Source: Bryobacteraceae bacterium (GTDB lineage: Bacteria > Acidobacteriota > Terriglobia > Bryobacterales > Bryobacteraceae). From it: a stretch of DNA of 64,000 nt. The notes beneath the pieces were generated by a model. It ran no database searches. It had not been told where the DNA came from and saw nothing but the letters and a program-made list of their open reading frames with translations. Location of the stretch: contig DATBDT010000042.1 of the NCBI GenBank assembly GCA_036269815.1, forward strand, positions 1,731-65,730. The letters are read 5' to 3'. Positions 50,676 to 60,436 of the stretch are shown in pieces. A program made the translations under genes and the position numbers. How positions within the stretch are numbered: position 1 is the first letter of the stretch; each line of letters starts with the position of its first letter.

Positions 50676-50879
50676 TTACCTCCTTGCGTGATCCCGCTCT
50701 GCCAAGGTCATTCGCTCGCTGTACGATACGGATCGCCCTGAACTCACTTCGCCCATCCCGAGGTTATCCACCACAAAGTAAACGACGTTCGGTTTCCTCG
50801 TCTGCGCCTGCGCGGCAGTTCCGCAGGTAGCGGAGACCAGGAAGAGTATACGAACCGCGGTCTCTCCCGCGACCTTCAT
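50676..50879 (-). pseudogene. Second sulfatase, N-terminal stub only
   Basis: [44 protein letters not shown] is a signal peptide plus the first sulfatase metal-binding block. The next ~20 aa are unrelated, followed by a stop. Confidence 0.45.
50678..50685 (-). promoter_or_regulatory. Shine-Dalgarno AAGGAGGT for the arylsulfatase
   Basis: On the minus strand, gcAAGGAGGTaaagGTGATG. It overlaps the stop codon of the upstream sulfatase stub. Confidence 0.55.
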
Positions 50880-51709
50880 GGCACCCTGATCCTGGCAAAT
50901 GTGAACGAAAGCGTTAAGGCCTGGCTTCCCATCGCGGTTTTCGGTCCAACCAACCACATATAGCGGAATGAAAGCAGACCCAAATTTGGAATCTTAGTAA
51001 ACAGTGGAAAGTCGAGCTGAGGTCCAAGGCCGAAGACCCGGCCATTGGTGACAGGCAAAAAAGCTGGTATATCCGAACCGCTATCGTGGCTCATTTTCCA
51101 TTGCGCGCCATAGGCGATGCCCGCATTTGCCATGCCTTTGTGAAACGATCGTCCGATTCCTCCTGCTAGCGTCAGAATATTTCCAACCTTGATATCCGCG
51201 TTGTTTTTCCTCCGGTTAAAGTCGTAGTACGTCATCGCCGACACGTTCCACTTCTTGCCGGCGCCTGGATACAAGGTCCCTCCCAGATCGATCTCATTAA
51301 TCCACATGTGCTGCCCTCCTGAACCCGAGCCGGTAGGAGCGAAAAACGCATAAGCCGCCGTGAAGTCGGCTACCGAGGTTTCCCAGCCTAAAATCGCCGG
51401 CTGGACATAAAGGTCTCCGAAAGTGTAACTGCTGGATCGCCTGAAATTTGGAGCGGCCACACTGACAATTCCGTTGCTGATGAACTCCATGTAGGACGCT
51501 CCGTAATGAGCGCCCAGGATTTTGAATGGAGTGACCACTTCAACCGCAGGCAGCACAAAGAGGTTGATGTCTGCCGTGAAATTTTTCAAGACTCGATCGC
51601 CATGAGGGTCGTACAGCGAGATGTTGCTGTCGCGAAAGTAGAGTGGAAGGGTGATGTAGATTCCAGGGCTGGGTGTGCTGCCCGCTTTCAGGCCCGCAAT
51701 GCCAGGGAT
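50876..51709 (-). pseudogene. Outer-membrane beta-barrel transporter (Phenol_MetA_deg-like), 5'-truncated at the repeat boundary
   Basis: Alternating beta-strand pattern ending in an aromatic C-terminus. The frame stays open upstream of the track start (..GIAGLKAGSTPSPGIYITLPLYFRD..). It runs into repeat copy B at ~51710 with no start or signal peptide. Confidence 0.6.
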
Positions 51710-51809
51710 ACGGCGATTATTACGGAGCGAGGTGTAGGCACGGAGCCGTATTCGGAGAGTTTGGCGGGTTTGAAACGGCAGGTCTGAGGATGGCTACCGG
51801 CCAGGGAAG

Positions 51810-52515
51810 TTAAGGGCTCCAGGTGCGGTTGGGTGTCATGATCATCGACCTTGTGGAATGGACCCCGAGCTGCCGGTCATTGACCACTTCATTGAACCTC
51901 TGTCGAGTCTGAATTCGATCGATTTCGTCAAGCGCATCTTCCGGAAGCGCGGAGATGTTCAGATTCTGTCGCGCGCGGGCCGCAGTCCCGGGCGTTGCAA
52001 ACAAAGTCGTGCCATGCTGGACCGCCGAAGCCAACAGCAGCTGTGCCGACGTCTTTCCAACCCATGCGGCAATTGCCAAAATGACCGGGTCTTCGAGCGG
52101 CCCCGGCCTTATTCCGTGACTCAATGGCGCGAAGGCGCGACGGCGCGAAGGCCAAAACACAAGGTACTTATCCTTGCAGAATTTCTCCTTGCAGAATTTC
52201 TCATTGCAGAATTTCTCATTGCAGAATTTCAGGGGGCGAGGGGGCTTTATGTTGGTATTCGTTGCCGAAGCACCAAAACATCTCTTCTGCGGATTTGCCC
52301 GTTGGCGCACGAGCAATAGAAAATCGGGTGTCACTTAGAAACTGTGGCAAGTGCAATGCGAGGTTCACTGTAGGCGCGAACCGGGAGTCCGTAAATTCCC
52401 CCCTTTTGAAACATCGGCTCCATCCACTTGCCCGCTGAATAGATAAACCATTGGTTGGATCGACGATGCCGGCTCTCCGCGAGCCACGGCGAAGAGTGGC
52501 CGACTTTAACGTCAA
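51810..52515 (-). pseudogene. Aldo/keto reductase remnant (copy B), frameshifted, with an internal tandem repeat
   Basis: The C-terminal two-thirds are recognisable: FCKDK...PLEDPVILAIAAWVGKTSAQLLLASAVQHG...ALPEDALDEIDRIQ. Upstream parts (PTVNLALHLPQFL) are in another frame. Confidence 0.55.
52173..52232. repeat. 15-bp tandem repeat x4 (CTTGCAGAATTTCTC-like)
   Basis: Units start at 52173, 52188, 52203 and 52218. On the minus strand they encode FCNEK-FCNEK-FCKEK-FCKDK inside the AKR remnant. Confidence 0.9.
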
Positions 52516-52769
52516 AGTGGATTTCTAAAGCTGCGCCGTCAGGAACGTTCTATTCGAGCATTCGAGTTGCTCAACCCGGCCAAGTTCCGAGTGGGTCGTA
52601 AGAATGGATGAATTGAAGCTGTGTCTGCCCACCCAATATTCGCCTTGCAGCCGACTCCGAATCTTCTGGGTAATCGCTCAGATCCACCGCACGATCCGCT
52701 GAAGGGCTAATGAGTGGTGCGGAGGCATATTGATGGCTCCGAGCCGACCCAGATGCCCGACTAACAAGC

Positions 52770-54971
52770 TCAACGCAAGGCTTCGACCAGCATAAGATCG
52801 GTCCCGCTGCCATCGTCGTGCCCATAGAGGACGGAACGCTCATCAGGAGAAACAGCGATGTGACCAGCAAAATTAGTGGCCTGGACCGAACCGAGAGTTT
52901 TGATCTGCCGAGTTTTGAAATCCAAGAAGCAGAGCGGCGCGCTTTCTTGTACCGAATCGTCGGAAGGTGCAGAAGTCGATTGGCCTTGGAAGAAATAGAT
53001 ACCTTTCCTCCCGACGGCAAACGAATGGGCGAAGAGAAGATGATCAAGCGTCCTTGTCTCTTCGCCGCCGGTCACCGGCTGACGCCATAGGGTGGCATTA
53101 CCCGAGCCGCCGGATTTGGAGTAATAGAGAGATTCGCCGTCCTGGGACACAATGGGGAAGTTGCCGCCGCCTTTTGTCACTTGAATTTCAGGCCCTCCCG
53201 TTTCTGGCATCTTCCAGACTTCAAAGCGGCCCGTTCGGTCGGAAGCAAAAAAGATCCATTGTCCATCAGGTGACCAATGCGGCGTAACGTTGTTGCCCGA
53301 TTGGGTGGAGAGACGGCGAACCCTGCCACCCTGTGAATGGACTGCGAAAATAGCCCAGTTCGGTACATCGTACCGGTCGAAAGCGATATTCTCCCGGTCC
53401 GGTGACCACGCAGGGGATCCGGACCATCCCGTTCTGAAATCAGTCAATTGGAATTGAGCTGAGCCGTCCCGGTCACATACCCAGATCTCTTCGCATCCTG
53501 ACCGGTCCGACTCGAACGCAATTTTCCGGCCGTCGGAGGAATAATCCGGCTGGAAATCATCACGAGTAGATGCGATAAACGGGAAGATTTTGCCTTTGGT
53601 TGCTCCCGTCAGATCGAGACGCCAGATGTTGGCGTCGAATCTCCCCTCGGTATACATCAGTCGTCGGCCATCGTGCGAGATCGCCAGATTAACGCCGCGC
53701 CCCCGCCCCATGCGTTTCAAGCGAACGGGGATCTGCCCAATACCCGTCAAGGGAGTAATTGCTCGGGATCCCTTTACACGGACGCGCCAAAATCCGTTTT
53801 GTCCGTCTAGCTCACCGAAAGCCATAAGCTCGCGGCTATCCGGAGCCCAGGCGAATCCCTCAATTCGCGCACCAGATAGGATTTTTTCCGGGTAGCTCGC
53901 AGGCAGCGATTGCGATGATAAAGGAACGACGTATAAGTTAGTAACCATGTCGCTTATCTGCCGGCTGAACGCCAGCAAGTGTCCATCGGGCGAAACGGCC
54001 CCCGCACTCTCTCCGAAGTTTCTGGAACCGGGAAACGTGACTAGTCTCGTTTCACCGGTGGCGATTGATACGCGAGTGATCGCATATGAGTTTGCCGTAT
54101 CGCCTGAGATATCTATCGCGAAAAGGTAATTGCCATCGGCTGACCAAGAAAGAAGCGGGGCTTCCGTCGAATAACTGGAGTACCTAACAATGCCCGTGCG
54201 AGCTATGGTCCGCTCAGGACCACCCAGCGCAGGTATGAGACAAATACTTCTTTCGGCATCGCTCACATCGCGAAGAAAAGCTATCCATCTTCCGTCCGGC
54301 GACCATACAGGATCATGGTCGTCAGCCGGGTGTACGGTCAGACGCACGGGATCTCCGGGGCCAAGCAGCTTTACATAAATGTCGAGATTGTCCTGATGGG
54401 GTCCATCCCACTCGAAGCTGACACGCGTGCCATCCGGCGAGAACGAAGGAGCCCCCTCATTGCCTTGGTAAGTTGTAAACGGCAGGGAACGATAGTTCGA
54501 TACAGCACGAGGAACGTTCTGCATTCGGATGAGAAACCATCCAAGAACAACACCAACCAACAGCGACAATGTGACTGCTGCCGCATATCTGCTCGTTCTC
54601 GGATTAATGTGCCGCCCCACTGCCAAAAGTTGGCCATCATCCCCGCGCTTCGGCTTGATGGCGTTTGCGGAGGTTTCGCTGCTTCGCCTGGTGTTAACGG
54701 TGGATTGGGCTGCAGAATCGACTGAGATAGCCTCCAACGATCTGGGCGATTCGGTTCGCGCGCTACGCCATCCATCCAATTCGGATCTGAATGCAAACAC
54801 CGATGGCAGACTTGTGTGCCGGTGACGGTGCACCGGTAGCCCTTGCTCCTTTTCCCAGAGCTGAACGGTACGAATGTCCCGGCTTAGATAAAAAGCAATT
54901 GCTTTCCAGGAATCTAGACGGTCATCGGCTGGCATCCGGCCCTCGGCTAAACAGTATACTGCCTCACGCAA
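52770..54971 (-). CDS. Membrane-anchored regulator: N-terminal HTH-like motif + TM + PD40/TolB-type beta-propeller repeats
   Basis: N-terminus DSWKAIAFYLSRDIRTVQLWEKEQGLPVHRH, one TM helix (AAVTLSLLVGVVLGWFLI), then many SPDG-type repeats (FSPDGTRV, WSPDGRWIAF, VSPDGHLLAF, WSPDGQWIFF). Confidence 0.8.
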   Translation of the reverse strand: MREAVYCLAEGRMPADDRLDSWKAIAFYLSRDIRTVQLWEKEQGLPVHRHRHTSLPSVFAFRSELDGWRSARTESPRSLEAISVDSAAQSTVNTRRSSETSANAIKPKRGDDGQLLAVGRHINPRTSRYAAAVTLSLLVGVVLGWFLIRMQNVPRAVSNYRSLPFTTYQGNEGAPSFSPDGTRVSFEWDGPHQDNLDIYVKLLGPGDPVRLTVHPADDHDPVWSPDGRWIAFLRDVSDAERSICLIPALGGPERTIARTGIVRYSSYSTEAPLLSWSADGNYLFAIDISGDTANSYAITRVSIATGETRLVTFPGSRNFGESAGAVSPDGHLLAFSRQISDMVTNLYVVPLSSQSLPASYPEKILSGARIEGFAWAPDSRELMAFGELDGQNGFWRVRVKGSRAITPLTGIGQIPVRLKRMGRGRGVNLAISHDGRRLMYTEGRFDANIWRLDLTGATKGKIFPFIASTRDDFQPDYSSDGRKIAFESDRSGCEEIWVCDRDGSAQFQLTDFRTGWSGSPAWSPDRENIAFDRYDVPNWAIFAVHSQGGRVRRLSTQSGNNVTPHWSPDGQWIFFASDRTGRFEVWKMPETGGPEIQVTKGGGNFPIVSQDGESLYYSKSGGSGNATLWRQPVTGGEETRTLDHLLFAHSFAVGRKGIYFFQGQSTSAPSDDSVQESAPLCFLDFKTRQIKTLGSVQATNFAGHIAVSPDERSVLYGHDDGSGTDLMLVEALR

Positions 54972-55133
54972 CGGTGCGAAATCGCCAAGAAACAGAGTAT
55001 TTCACACCTTCTCACTTGCCCCTCTTTCCGTTCCGAGGCTACGGTGGGTTCAGAAAGGAATCACCTACAGCCGGGAAAGAACATTCGTCCCGCCCTGCAT
55101 CCTTTCAGCAATCACTTTCAAAGGAGCTTTCGC

Positions 55134-55811
55134 ATGCACAGACCGATATGGAGCGGGATGACCCAGCAAAACAGAAACCGACGGACCACAGATCGTATGC
55201 TTTCGGTGTGGGGGACTTTAGTCGGATGCACCGCGTTGTTAACGGTGTTCGCGGCAAATGGGGTTGCCAGTTGCGCGGCGGCGGCACAGGCTGCCACAGG
55301 ACGGCAAGTCTTTCCGGGATTCGCCACGGTCTCGCCGCAAGATCAGACCAGGCAGCCGGATGCAGATGAGCAACTGAGCGCGTCAGAGGACAGTCGTGAC
55401 AGCAATAGCTCGATTGTAGGATTTTGGAAAACGACATTCATTGCCGGTGGTTTGGTCATGGACGTCGGATTCGACCAATTTCATCCGGATGGGACCGAAA
55501 TTTCAGTTGATTCACCAGCGCCCTCCTTTGGGAATATCTGCAACGGAGTGTGGGAGAGGACTGGTCGGCGGCAATATTCAGAAGTACACCCCGCATTCAA
55601 CTGGGACGCGAGCAGCGGAAAGGTAGTAAGTATCTTTATTCAGCGGGTAGAAATTAGAGTTAGTCATGATGGGAAAAACTTTTCGGGAACATTCACTTGG
55701 GATTCGTACGACTTCAATGGGAATCCTCTACCCGACACTCACAGCGAAGGCAGCGTAACAGGGGAGCGCATTACGGTGAAGGGGCCTTTTCCATTTCCAT
55801 TCCCTTTCTAG
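55134..55811 (+). CDS. Hypothetical secreted protein ending in a (PF)4 repeat
   Basis: AAGGAG lies 7 nt before the ATG at 55134. A hydrophobic signal-like segment is LVGCTALLTVFAANGVASCAAAA. The C-terminus is KGPFPFPFPF. No family recognised. Confidence 0.55.
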   Translation: MHRPIWSGMTQQNRNRRTTDRMLSVWGTLVGCTALLTVFAANGVASCAAAAQAATGRQVFPGFATVSPQDQTRQPDADEQLSASEDSRDSNSSIVGFWKTTFIAGGLVMDVGFDQFHPDGTEISVDSPAPSFGNICNGVWERTGRRQYSEVHPAFNWDASSGKVVSIFIQRVEIRVSHDGKNFSGTFTWDSYDFNGNPLPDTHSEGSVTGERITVKGPFPFPFPF

Positions 55812-56500
55812 AGGGTAGGATCCGATGGGGCGGCGGCTGAGTTGCTTTCTTGTTTCATTGGAAGAGGCGTTCATCGTTCAACCAAAACACGACCGGCTCG
55901 CCACCGGGCACGCTTTCAAAAACCTCTTCGTGTGCGGGACGCGAATCCCGGAGTAATCGTACCGCTGCGCTGCCTGCGCTGTATACGTTACAATTTCGCG
56001 TCCCAGAGCCCCGGTGGGCAGGCCAATTTGGAAGCGATTTCGAAGATCGGGAGTCTTTATTGTGAAACATGTCGTCCTCGTGAAGGGCTGTAAACAATCA
56101 AGGTGGACTTGACGCTCTTTCACTCCCATTAGAAGCTCATATGGACTATGAATTCAAACGCCTGTCGCGCAATCTCGTGTGCGGTCGGGGAGTGGCTTCC
56201 AGTCACGGATAGATCCTGCGTTGTCGTTAGCGTTGTTCGGGAGTGACTCGGCCGGTAGTAGCGACGAAGCGGGGTAATGCCTGTGGAGCGAAGAGGCCCT
56301 GCTGTTTGTAATGGTTCCAACAACAACGGAGCAAGGGCGAAATGAGAAAAGCGGCCATCAGCTTGCAGGACCTGAGGAGGAGCCTTTATATCAAGGCGAA
56401 GGCGGAAACGTCTTGGCGTTTCTGGGGACTATATGTCCACGTCTGCAAAATGGAGACCTTGCGAGATTCCGGGGGTGCGCCGCGTGTTTATGATGGCTGA
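55812..56500 (+). mobile_element. Group II intron remnant (putative 5' ribozyme domains + IEP start); 5' boundary not determined
   Basis: Call rests on the IEP stub at 56342-56500 being preceded by ~530 nt with no credible ORF. That is the usual spacing of the IEP start from the 5' splice site. No domain V was found downstream. Confidence 0.4.
56342..56500 (+). pseudogene. Group II intron reverse transcriptase/maturase, N-terminal 52 codons only
   Basis: MRKAAISLQDLRRSLYIKAKAETSWRFWGLYVHVCKMETLRDSGGAPRVYDG* fits the conserved IEP N-terminus pattern (LY.KAK....RF..LY......L.......GAPG.DG). Too short for the ORF track. Confidence 0.6.
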
Positions 56501-56660
56501 CGCGGATGAAGATTCCCCTCCGGTCGGTATCGGCGGACATTCCGCTCGAAATTTGGACGGAGTAATCGCGGTCGCCGCGGGTCTGGCCGACGGCGGGCCG
56601 CGAGGCGCGTTTATTCGCGCACATTTGAGGGCCGGGCGCGCCCAGGGACGGAAACACGCG

Positions 56661-57659
56661 TCAAGAGCCGGTTTTCACGCCGTCCGACCGAGCGAAGCGT
56701 TCGCCAGTGGTGGATCTTGGGCTTCCATTCAAAACGGCATCGATATTGTCGAGCGCGACCATCCCCATATTGGTCCTGCTTTCGATGGTTGCGGTGCCAA
56801 TGTGCGGGAGCAGAAAGGTGTTCTTGAGAGCAATATAGCCAGGGTGGAGTTTTGGCTCTCCGTCGTACACGTCAAGTCCGGCTGCAGCTATATGGCCGCT
56901 CTTAAGCGCGGCAATGAGGTCATCATCCACAATTAAGCCGCCGCGAGCCGCGTTCACCACAATCGCACCTTGAGGAAGACGCGCGATGTTTGCCGCGTTG
57001 AGGAGATGATGGGTCGTCTCCAACTCAGGAGCATGTAAGCTGAGGAACTGACTCACCTTCAGAAGCTCGATGGGATCCGCATGGAATATAGCATCACCGG
57101 CCTTCTCCCGCGGAAGCTCATGTGGGTCGGAGTAATGGATCTTCATCCCAAAGGCTCTGGCGCGTTTCGCGACAGCTTGTCCGATGCGCCCCATCCCCAG
57201 AATCCCAAGCGTCTTGCCTGTGATCTGCCAACCCAGGAGGGCAGCTGCTCGTGGAATAGTCCACTCGCCGGTTCGGACCAAGTTCTGCGCCTCAAATGCA
57301 CGGCGGCTCGCACCCAGAAGCAGCAACATCGCTACATCCGCTGTAGCATCCGTTACCTCTGCTGGCGTGTATCCAATCGCGATATTGCGCTCCGCTGCCG
57401 CCCGCACGTCGATATGGTCAAAACCAACGGAATACGTAGAGATGACTTTGACAGAGGGCGAAACCCGCTTGAAGAACTCGGCATCGAGCTTGTCGAATGG
57501 CGTGATAAGCATCGCATCTGCGTCCTCAGCCGCGGCGAGGAGTTCGTCGCGGGTCGACAACGTGCCGTCGACCTTACGCCTGACTTCGTATTGGCTTTCG
57601 ATCCGGCTTTCTACAGGAGTGATGAAATGCGATGTAACAACCAGGATGGGCTTCTTCAT
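56661..57659 (-). CDS. D-isomer-specific 2-hydroxyacid dehydrogenase (glyoxylate/hydroxypyruvate reductase-like)
   Basis: GILGMGRIGQAVAKR Rossmann motif, the catalytic R...E...H pattern (NAARGGLIVD...PHIGTAT). The last ~20 aa look atypical. Confidence 0.9.
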   Translation of the reverse strand: MKKPILVVTSHFITPVESRIESQYEVRRKVDGTLSTRDELLAAAEDADAMLITPFDKLDAEFFKRVSPSVKVISTYSVGFDHIDVRAAAERNIAIGYTPAEVTDATADVAMLLLLGASRRAFEAQNLVRTGEWTIPRAAALLGWQITGKTLGILGMGRIGQAVAKRARAFGMKIHYSDPHELPREKAGDAIFHADPIELLKVSQFLSLHAPELETTHHLLNAANIARLPQGAIVVNAARGGLIVDDDLIAALKSGHIAAAGLDVYDGEPKLHPGYIALKNTFLLPHIGTATIESRTNMGMVALDNIDAVLNGSPRSTTGERFARSDGVKTGS

Positions 57660-57964
57660 ACAAGATCAGTTCTCCGGGGCCAAGGCGTGAATTCTCGCAT
57701 ATGATCTACAATCCGCATGTTTCAGGCGCCCAGCGAACGTCCTTCGGTACGAGAACCAACTTTCTATTGACGAATTCCTGAATCCCCAACTTTGAAAGTT
57801 CTTTGCTGTGTCCTGACGGCTTCCCTTCTCTCGGGAAGATCTTGCCGCAGCGATTCTTGTTGGCACTTCAGTCGACAAATCGGCAAACAAAGCTCCTGGT
57901 TTTGGAACTCTCCTCATACGAGACCGGTCCCAATTGAGTCGGGCCTACCAAGGAGCATTCACGA

Positions 57965-58489
57965 ATGGCAAAGATGAGAACATTATTGGTCCTGATCTCC
58001 GCGGCCGCACTTTCCGCGAGCGCGGCGGATCAAACCCAAGCGCGGCTGCTGGATAGAGGCGCGGCTGTCTTCGCAAAGTTAACTACAGCGCCAAATGGAA
58101 TCCGGCCGGAGCAGATCGATTCCGCTGACTGCATCACGGTTGTTCCCGGCTTCAGGAAGGGCGCCGCGGTAGTGGGAGTCGGATTCGGGCGTGGATTCAT
58201 TTCCTGCCGTACGGATGCTGGATGGTCAGCTCCGGGCGCGGTCGCTTTCGAAAGCGGTAGCTTAGATATTAAATTGGGCGCCGACGAGATCGACATTGTA
58301 ATACTGTCGATGGACAGATCGCGGCGGCCGAAGCTTCTTTCGGACCGGTTCACGATCGGCTCGGACGCCGCGGCGGCGTGGGGAAATGGTAAGGTCGCCC
58401 ATGACGATCCTACTGCGCAGATCCTCTTTTTTGGCAGCACCAAGGGTGCGTTTGCGGGTTTTCGAGAGCGAACACGCGACCAATGTTGA
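57965..58489 (+). CDS. SYLF (Ysc84/DUF500) lipid-binding domain protein, possibly 3'-truncated
   Basis: Signal peptide, then ITVVPGFRKGAAVVGVGFGRGFISCR...GWSAPGAV and ...GSTKGAFAGF. The ORF ends shortly after the point where family members usually continue. Confidence 0.65.
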   Translation: MAKMRTLLVLISAAALSASAADQTQARLLDRGAAVFAKLTTAPNGIRPEQIDSADCITVVPGFRKGAAVVGVGFGRGFISCRTDAGWSAPGAVAFESGSLDIKLGADEIDIVILSMDRSRRPKLLSDRFTIGSDAAAAWGNGKVAHDDPTAQILFFGSTKGAFAGFRERTRDQC

Positions 58490-58702
58490 CGAGCAACTAA
58501 TTCCATCATCAGTTCGTTGAGTTACTCGGATTACTTCTTGGGAGCGGTTGTTTGTTCGCTTAGTTGGAAACGAGGATCACTGTCGTGCAGCGACGTCGAA
58601 GCTTGGACATTGTGAGCGCCGCCGGGTAAGATCCGGTTACTTCTAAGAAGGAGGCGCTTCTCGTGATTTGCATTTTGTTTATAAAAGGAAACGGAGACTG
58701 CG

Positions 58703-60436
58703 ATGGCCCGAAATGTTGCGGATGTCTTATGGGAAATGCTTGTCAGCGCCGGCGTAAAACGGTGTTACGGCATTGTCGGCGACGCCTTGAATCCAGTGAT
58801 CGATGCGCTGCGTCGAAACGGGAACGTCGATTTTGTGCACGTTCGAAATGAAGAATACGGAGTCTTCGCCGCTGTTGCAGATGCTTACTTCACAGGCGCA
58901 CCCGTTGTCGTGTGCGGGACAGCGGGACCTGGCGTTACTCACCTCTTTAACGGCCTGATGGATGCGCGCAAAGAGCGCGCTCCGGTGATTGCGATCGCGG
59001 GTGACGTCGAAACTATGTTGATGGACACGTCTTCGCTGGAGGAGATGAATCCTTATCAGTTCTTCCAAGCCGCGTCTCTTTACACGGCCAGGCTAGTCAA
59101 TCCTGCTCAGGCTCAGGCCGTCATCGGTACGGCTATACGCACTTCGATCCTTGAGAAAGGCCCTACGGTCCTCTCGATTCCCGGGGATATCGCGGCGGCG
59201 GAGGCAGTGGGCGAGCCCGTCCATATCAGCATCCCTGGGGCGCCGGTGTTTCGTCCATCAGACTCTGACCTGAGCCGGCTCACGGGCATGATTAATGACG
59301 CCGGCACTGTCGCCATCTTTGGCGGCGATGGGTGTCGAGACGCGCGCGAAGAGGTAATCGAACTGGCTGCAAGATTGAAGGCACCCGTCGGCTACGCGTT
59401 GCGAGGCAAGCAATGGCTGGAGCACGACAATCCCTACGCTGTGGGACTGACGGGGTTGCTAGGATATGGCGGCGCTTATGGAGCGATCAACCATGCCGAT
59501 CTCCTCTTGATGCTGGGGACCGATTTTCCGTTTTCGGAATTCCTTCCAGGAGCGAAAGTAAGGAAGGTGCAGATCGACCAGAATCCGAAACACATAGGCC
59601 GCCGAACCTCGCTCGATCTTGGGTTAGTCGGCGACGTTAAAGCGACCCTCCAAGCGCTACTGGAAAATGTCCAGGAAAAGGCTGATGACCGGTTCCTGCG
59701 CAAATATGTCGACGAAACGGAGTCTTTTGCCAAACTGAAACAGCATTACGTTGACAACGGACCGGGCATCAAACCAATACGTCCGGAATACCTCGCTGCT
59801 ACGTTGTGTAAATTAGCCTCGGATGACGCCATGTTTTTCGCAGACACTGGCACGGCAGTAATGTGGCTGGCGAGGCATATCAAAGGTGGCAGAAATCGGA
59901 GGCTCTTCGGATCGTTCTCCTGGGCTTCCATGGCCAACGCCGCGCCGAACGCATTTGGAGCGCAACTGGCCTATCCTGGCCGCCAAACGATAGCCATTTG
60001 CGGCGACGGCGGGTTCACGATGCTTGCGATGGGCGACCTGCTGACCCAGGTAGAACGAAAGACACCTGTGATCCACATCCTGCTGAACAACGAGTCGCTT
60101 GACTTCGTGGGTATCGAGCAGCAGGAAGCCGGCTTCATTCCCTATGGAGTCGGTTTCAAGAACCCGAACTTCGCGGCGGTGGCCGAAGCAATGGGCGCGA
60201 AAGGGATTCGAATTGAGGATCCCGATGCGGTCAGCGATGGTCTAACCGAAGCTCTCGCACACAAGGGCGGTCCCGTTGTAGTAGATGTCGTGGTCGATCC
60301 ATATGCGCTTGCCATGCCATCGCACGTACCTTTTCATGCCATGAAAGGCTACACCCTCAGCGCTGCGAAACAAGTGCTAAGCGGCAGAATGGACAGTATC
60401 ATAAAAACGGTCGAACACAATATAAGATTGCTTTAA
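58703..60436 (+). CDS. Second PoxB-type ThDP/FAD pyruvate oxidase paralogue
   Basis: Same architecture as 33561-35285 (GIVGDALNP, CGTAGPGVTHLFNGL, GDGGF...NNESL, C-terminal amphipathic tail), but clearly divergent in sequence. Confidence 0.85.
   Translation: MARNVADVLWEMLVSAGVKRCYGIVGDALNPVIDALRRNGNVDFVHVRNEEYGVFAAVADAYFTGAPVVVCGTAGPGVTHLFNGLMDARKERAPVIAIAGDVETMLMDTSSLEEMNPYQFFQAASLYTARLVNPAQAQAVIGTAIRTSILEKGPTVLSIPGDIAAAEAVGEPVHISIPGAPVFRPSDSDLSRLTGMINDAGTVAIFGGDGCRDAREEVIELAARLKAPVGYALRGKQWLEHDNPYAVGLTGLLGYGGAYGAINHADLLLMLGTDFPFSEFLPGAKVRKVQIDQNPKHIGRRTSLDLGLVGDVKATLQALLENVQEKADDRFLRKYVDETESFAKLKQHYVDNGPGIKPIRPEYLAATLCKLASDDAMFFADTGTAVMWLARHIKGGRNRRLFGSFSWASMANAAPNAFGAQLAYPGRQTIAICGDGGFTMLAMGDLLTQVERKTPVIHILLNNESLDFVGIEQQEAGFIPYGVGFKNPNFAAVAEAMGAKGIRIEDPDAVSDGLTEALAHKGGPVVVDVVVDPYALAMPSHVPFHAMKGYTLSAAKQVLSGRMDSIIKTVEHNIRLL

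Larger units (their letters stand above)
51710..52532. repeat. Direct repeat copy B (mtnA 3'-end fragment + longer AKR remnant)
   Basis: Contains a second copy of the last ~25 mtnA codons ([22 protein letters not shown] versus [22 protein letters not shown]). The downstream sequence is also duplicated. Confidence 0.85.

Noticed and set aside
51738-51760. GGAGCCGTATTCGGAGAG resembles the 5' half of a group II intron domain V.
   Set aside because: It lies in the duplicated mtnA 3' coding sequence (the paralogue at 47606 reads GGGCGCCTTATGGGGAGAG). There is no complementary 3' arm or domain VI.
55855-56326. Minus-strand ORFs that at first looked like scrambled reverse-transcriptase fragments (IGLPTGALGREIV, YYRPSHSR).
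   Set aside because: The resemblance is weak and inconsistent across frames. The convincing IEP N-terminus is on the plus strand at 56342, which makes this stretch putative ribozyme sequence rather than coding.
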